Below are positions 59,125 to 64,000 of a DNA stretch of 64,000 nucleotides, piece after piece. Source of the DNA: Longimicrobium sp. (GTDB lineage Bacteria > Gemmatimonadota > Gemmatimonadetes > Longimicrobiales > Longimicrobiaceae); contig DASSME010000407.1 in assembly GCA_035689035.1 (NCBI GenBank), forward strand, positions 28,054 through 92,053, read 5' to 3'. The stretch's first letter is position 1, and every line of letters starts with the position of its first letter. Under the pieces are notes generated by a model that searched no databases, was not told the DNA's origin, and saw nothing but the letters and a program-made list of their open reading frames with translations. The position numbers were made by a program, and so were the translations under genes.

Positions 59125-59375
59125 GGAAGCCTCGCCGATGAACGGTGGACCGGATGATGGGGGAGCACCGTCGCATGCCCCGCGACCCGGAACACAGCGT
59201 CGGCTTCGCCCGCCCGTCAAGGCCGCGAGCGCGGGCCCGCCGCGGCGGGTGTCGAACCACACCGGCGCGGGCGTGGACGAAGCGGGCCCGGGTCCCGCTC
59301 CCGGTCCGTCGGGCTTCCGTCGGGGGAGGGGACCCGGGCCCGAGAGGCGCCAGGAGAGGGTGCCGCGGCGGAGCG

Positions 59376-61118
59376 CTACGGGGGCCCTCCACACCCCGCG
59401 GCCCCGCAGCTCCGCCGTCCGCGCAGCATCTGCTCGCGGCGGGCGCGGAACTCGGTGCCGGGGTTCCACTCGGGCCAGCGGGCGCCGTTCGCCACCTCCA
59501 CCCCCACGCGGAAGAGGAGGCGCGTGTCGTCCACCATCCCGGCCAGGTCCCAGTCGGGCTTCACCTCGTCGGTGGGCTTGTGGTAGTCGTTGGCCACGTA
59601 ATTCGCGCGCACCTGCTGGCCATAGTCCGCCGGCTTGCCGACGTAGTCGGCGCCGGGGAAGAGGAAGGTGAGCGCGGGGACGCCGTTGCGCGCCAGCTCG
59701 AAGTGGTCGGAGCGGTAGAAGTAGCCCTTCTCGGGCTCGGGGTCCGGCCGCACGGCGCGCCCCTGCCGCGCCGCCTCGCGCGCCAGCACCGCTTCGAGCG
59801 TGGTCTGCCCGTAGCCCACGCTCACGATCGAGCGCGTGCGGCCCCACGGGTTGGGGATGTCCATGTTCACGTCGGCCAGCGTGCGCGCGAGCGGATAGAG
59901 CGGGTGCGCGGCGTACCAGCGGGCGCCCAGCAGCCCCTGCTCCTCGGCGGTCACGGCCAGGAACACCAGCGTCCGCCTGGGCGCGGTGGGGAGAGCCTTG
60001 AAGGCGCGCGCCGTCTCGAGCAGCCAGGCCAGCCCGCCGGCGTTGTCCAGCGCGCCGTTGTAGATGCTGTCGCCGCCGATCGGCCGGCCGACGCCGAAGT
60101 GGTCCCAGTGCGCGGTGTAGAGCACGTACTGGCCGCGCAACGCCGGGTCGCTGCCGTCCAGCCGCGCGACGACGTTGCGCGAGCGCACCTGCCGCACCGC
60201 GTTGCGCACCGTGAAGCTGGCCGTGGCCCCGAGCGAGACGGGGCGGAAGGCGCGGGTGGCCGCCGCGCGCTGCAGCGCGTCGAAGTCCTGCCCGGCGGCG
60301 GCGAACATCGCCCGCGCCACGTCGAGCTGCATCCACCCTTCCACCGGGATGTGGCGCGCGCCGGCGCCCTGGATCTCGGTGCGCTCGCGGCCGGTGTTGC
60401 TCGCCACCACGCCCCAGGCGTACCCCGCCGGGCCCGTCTGGTGCACGATGATGCACGCCGCCGCGCCGCGCTCGGCCGCCATCTCGTACTTGTAGGTCCA
60501 GCGCCCGTAGTACGTCATCGCCGGGCCGCGGAAGACCCGCGGGTCCAGCCGGGACGGGTCGGCGGGGTCGGGCACCGGCGGGTCGCCGACCAGCACCACC
60601 ACCGTCTTGCCGCGCAGGTCCACGCCCTTGTAGTCGTCCCACCCGAACTCGGGGGCCGCCACTCCGTAGCCCACGAACACCAGGTCGCTGGCGTCCACGC
60701 GGACCAGCGAGTCCGGGCGCATCGACCAGGCGACGAACTCGTCGGGCGTGCGCAGCTCCTTGCTCTCTCCGCGGAACGCGAGCGTCGCCGACGCCCGCGA
60801 GGTGGTGCCCACCAGCGGCACCTCCTGCACCCAGCTGCCGTCGGGGTTCCCCGGCCGCAGCCCCATCCGCCGGAACTGGCCGGAGAGGTAGGCGACGGCC
60901 GAGTCCTCGCCGCGCGTCCCCGGCGCGCGCCCCGCGAACCGGTCCGACGCGAGCACGCGCATGTGCTCCAGCAGCCGCGCCGCCGTGATCTGCCCCTCGG
61001 CCGCGGCCACGCCGGCCTGCACCCGCACCGGCGTGAGCGACGGCCGCTGCGCGTGCGCGAGCGTGGGGATCGCCAGCGCGGCGAGGGCGAGGTGGAGGAT
61101 CGGTCGATGTCGGCGCAC
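59376..61118 (-). CDS. M28 family peptidase with PA domain
   Basis: 'TAHWDH', 'NGALDNA', 'AEEQGLLG', 'NMD', 'RSDH', 'YHKPTD'; signal peptide. Confidence 0.93.
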   Translation of the reverse strand: MRRHRPILHLALAALAIPTLAHAQRPSLTPVRVQAGVAAAEGQITAARLLEHMRVLASDRFAGRAPGTRGEDSAVAYLSGQFRRMGLRPGNPDGSWVQEVPLVGTTSRASATLAFRGESKELRTPDEFVAWSMRPDSLVRVDASDLVFVGYGVAAPEFGWDDYKGVDLRGKTVVVLVGDPPVPDPADPSRLDPRVFRGPAMTYYGRWTYKYEMAAERGAAACIIVHQTGPAGYAWGVVASNTGRERTEIQGAGARHIPVEGWMQLDVARAMFAAAGQDFDALQRAAATRAFRPVSLGATASFTVRNAVRQVRSRNVVARLDGSDPALRGQYVLYTAHWDHFGVGRPIGGDSIYNGALDNAGGLAWLLETARAFKALPTAPRRTLVFLAVTAEEQGLLGARWYAAHPLYPLARTLADVNMDIPNPWGRTRSIVSVGYGQTTLEAVLAREAARQGRAVRPDPEPEKGYFYRSDHFELARNGVPALTFLFPGADYVGKPADYGQQVRANYVANDYHKPTDEVKPDWDLAGMVDDTRLLFRVGVEVANGARWPEWNPGTEFRARREQMLRGRRSCGAAGCGGPP

Positions 61119-61692
61119 GCGGCCTCCGCGAGGTTGAGGTGGACCCGCATTGTATCGCGCGGCGACCCGGCCCGCACCGTCCGCGGCGAACGACGGCGCC
61201 CCGCGGGGAGCGAGCCCGCGGGGCAGCACGGTCAATCCGGACCCGCCGGTGGCGCGGAACGATCAGCCGGCTCCCGTCCCTCGACATTCGCTCGCCACGC
61301 CTTGCACACGGTGTCGACGGCGGCGGCGAACTATCGCGCGGCGCGCCTCGCCGCATCCCACGAATGGACGGAGGCCCGCCACACGGGCCGGGGAAGGCGG
61401 TGATCCGCTCGAAGACCGGTGTCATCGTCTCCACCCCAGGGCCGGCCCGATGGAACCTCGTGATGAGGCCGCCGATCCACGCCGCGACCCGGGCGCGCCC
61501 TCGGGTGACGCGGCCAATTGTCCTCTCGCGTGGTCATCACCGGGCCGCGGCGATTCTCGAGAGATCGTGTAAGTCGATGCGGCGCAACACGGTCGATCTG
61601 GCGTGGCACGGGGCGCGGCGGTTGCGATCCGGGATCCCCAGGCGGGCCGGTGCGGGCCCGCGGAGGACCTTCCGCCACACACGAGGTTTCCC

Positions 61693-62439
61693 ATGCGCTC
61701 CCGAGCCCTTCTCCTTTCGCTCGCCGCGCTGGCGCTGTTCAGCAGCGCCGCGGCCGCGCAGGACGACGACGATTACTACCACGACGACGATTACGGCTAC
61801 TCCCTGCCGCGCAGCTACCTGGGCGGCGAGTTCGACGTCGCCCAGCCGCAGGGCGAGTTCGCCGACTTCGTGAACAACGGGTGGGGCGGCGGGGTGCACT
61901 ACCTGCTGCGCGCCGACCGCGACGGGTGGCTGGGGCTGCGCGTGGACGCCAGCATCCTGAACTACGGCCACGAGCGCGAGCGGGTGATCCTGAGCCCCAC
62001 CATCGGCGGGCGGATCGGGGTGGACCTGACCACCGACAACAACATCGCCTTCATCGGCGCGGGGCCGCAGATCGGGCTGCCGACGGGCGCCTTCCGGCCG
62101 TACGTGAACGGGTTCGTGGGGGTGAGCTACATCTTCACCGAGAGCGCGGTGCGGGGCACCTCGAGCGGCGACACCTTCGCCAGCACCACCAACTACGACG
62201 ACGCCTCGTTCGCGTACGGCGGCGGCGCGGGGCTGTACATCCCGCTCCCGGTGCGCAACCGCCACCGCAACCCGGTGTCGCTCGACGCGGGGGTGCAGTA
62301 CCGCCACAACGGGCGGGCCGACTACCTGGTGGAGGGAAGCATCAGCGACAACTCCGACGGAACGATCTCGTTCGCCCCGATCCGCAGCGAGACCAACCTT
62401 TGGTCGTTCCACGTCGGGGTGTCGGTGGGGGTTCGCTGA
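61693..62439 (+). CDS. Outer membrane beta-barrel protein
   Basis: Signal peptide; amphipathic strands 'RPYVNGFVG', 'FAYGGGAG', C-terminal 'FHVGVSVG'. Confidence 0.8.
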   Translation: MRSRALLLSLAALALFSSAAAAQDDDDYYHDDDYGYSLPRSYLGGEFDVAQPQGEFADFVNNGWGGGVHYLLRADRDGWLGLRVDASILNYGHERERVILSPTIGGRIGVDLTTDNNIAFIGAGPQIGLPTGAFRPYVNGFVGVSYIFTESAVRGTSSGDTFASTTNYDDASFAYGGGAGLYIPLPVRNRHRNPVSLDAGVQYRHNGRADYLVEGSISDNSDGTISFAPIRSETNLWSFHVGVSVGVR

Positions 62440-62790
62440 GCGGCCGAGTCCGCGGCGGGCGAACAGGTGCGTGAGTGCGTGAGTGCGTGAGTGCGCGAAC
62501 GGCGCTGGAGGTATAGATCGAAGCGGGGGCTGCCCTCGTCCGGCGGCCCCCGCTCTCCGTTTGCACCGTGTGGCCGCCCGGAGGACCACGACGGGCGAAT
62601 GAATTCGCTGCAACAACTAAACGAAGTCCGCCTTCGCGGACTACCGGCCGCGGTGCGCACGAGATGGCGTGCACGGGAACAGGTCCCGGCCGTGCCCAAT
62701 CGAAGCTTCGCGCGGCTGTCAGGCTCCCGGTCGTTGCAACGCCCTCACGCACTCACGCACTCACGCACTCACGCACTCACCCGTCCGAGA

Positions 62791-63975
62791 TCATCCCACC
62801 CGTCCGAAGAAGGCCTTGAGGTACGCGGTCTCGGGGATCGCGGGGTGGACCGGGTGGTCGGGGCCCTGGTGGCCCTGCTCCACGATCTGCAGGCCGCGGC
62901 CGCGGTGGCGGGCGGCGCGCAGCATGGCGTCCTGCAGCGCCTCGCGCGGCATGTGGTAGCTGCAGCTGGCGCTCACCAGGATCCCGTCCTGCCGCAGCAC
63001 CTCGAGCGCCAGCTGGTTGACGCGGCGGTACGCCTCCTCGCCCGCCTTCTGGTCCTTCCTGCGCTTGATGAAGGCCGGCGGGTCCAGCACCACCACGTCG
63101 AACTTCTCGCCCTCGGCGGCCATCGCGCGCAGCGTGTCGAAGGCGTCGCCGCGGCGCGTGGAGACGCGCGCCTCCACCCCGTTGCGCGCGGCGTTCTGCA
63201 GGGCGTGCTCCAGCGCGTCGGCCGAGGCGTCGACGCACACCGCCTGCTCGGCGCCGGCGGCGGCGGCCTGCACCCCCCAGCCGCCCACGTAGCTGAACAC
63301 GTCCAGCACCCGCCGGCCGCGGGCGTACGCCATCAGCCGCGCGCGGTTCATCCGGTGGTCGTAGAACCACCCAGTCTTCTGGCCGGCCATCGGCGCGCCG
63401 AACTTCACCCCGTTCTCCTCCAGCTCCACCACGTCGGGGACGGTGCCGAACGCGGTCTCCACGTACTCGGGGAGCCCCTCGAGCGCGCGGCCTCCGGTGT
63501 CGTTGCGGAAGAGAACGGCGGCGGGCTTCACCGTGTCGCGCAGCGCGTCGACGACGTCGTCCTTCACCCGCTCCATCCCCGCGGTGGTGAGCTGGACGAC
63601 CACCACGTCGCCGAAGCGGTCCACCACCAGCCCCGGCACTCCATCGCTCTCGCCGTAGGCCAGCCGGTAGAAGGGCCGGTCGAAGAGGAGCTCGCGCAGG
63701 GAGAGCGCGCGGGCCAGGCGCCGCTTGAGAAAGGCGCGGTCGAGCACGGCGCCGGCGTCGCGGCTCACCACGCGGGCGGCGATCAGCGAGCGCGGGTTCA
63801 CGTAGGCGCTCCCCAGCGGCGCGCCGCGCGCGTCCTGCACCTGCACCGCGTCGCCGGGCTGGAAGGCGGTGAGCGGCGTGCGCTCCACGTCGACCTCGTT
63901 GCTGAACACCCACAGGTGACCGGCACGCAGCCTGCGGTCCTCGTTCTTCCTGAGGCGTAACGGCGGAAGGCTCAT
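62791..63975 (-). CDS. rlmI: Class I SAM-dependent rRNA m5C methyltransferase (RlmI-like)
   Basis: PUA 'GHLWVFSNE', 'GQKTGWFYDHR', 'VLDVFSYVGG', 'LDPPAF', 'SCS'. Confidence 0.88.
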   Translation of the reverse strand: MSLPPLRLRKNEDRRLRAGHLWVFSNEVDVERTPLTAFQPGDAVQVQDARGAPLGSAYVNPRSLIAARVVSRDAGAVLDRAFLKRRLARALSLRELLFDRPFYRLAYGESDGVPGLVVDRFGDVVVVQLTTAGMERVKDDVVDALRDTVKPAAVLFRNDTGGRALEGLPEYVETAFGTVPDVVELEENGVKFGAPMAGQKTGWFYDHRMNRARLMAYARGRRVLDVFSYVGGWGVQAAAAGAEQAVCVDASADALEHALQNAARNGVEARVSTRRGDAFDTLRAMAAEGEKFDVVVLDPPAFIKRRKDQKAGEEAYRRVNQLALEVLRQDGILVSASCSYHMPREALQDAMLRAARHRGRGLQIVEQGHQGPDHPVHPAIPETAYLKAFFGRVG

Positions 63976-64000
63976 CCGGGCTCCGGTCGGGTACATGAGC

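Overview
High-GC bacterial chromosomal window. Gene content, the short 'KLxLDxLxVESF...GTVRG' precursor peptides and the intergenic repeat style suggest Gemmatimonadota (Longimicrobium-like); this is inference. Most of the window is ordinary housekeeping or accessory genes: Ca/H antiporter, GMC operon, uppP, mutY, MFS, TonB receptors, TDO, an MCP, a riboswitch-controlled B12 uptake operon, peptidases and an RlmI-like methyltransferase. The standout is a minus-strand RNA-repair locus (about 28.0-34.25 kb). It runs from a sigma70-like promoter through a ~450-nt structured non-coding leader and an array of about 8 small structured RNAs to Ro60/TROVE, a small protein, RtcB and a lower-GC DUF3800-like putative nuclease. 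The RNA array holds three conventional Y-RNA-like stems, a tRNA-His-like gene, and tRNA bodies carrying a circularly permuted Y-RNA Ro-binding hairpin in the anticodon arm. Other notable items: two tandem Cys-Cys-Cys leader-peptide attenuators upstream of a cystine transporter; an MqsR-MqsA-SecB toxin-antitoxin-chaperone locus with a doubly frameshifted toxin; two orphan Cys-rich RiPP precursors; a membrane-anchored histone-fold protein; and several dispersed palindromic repeat families. All calls are by eye from motifs; no database searches were run.
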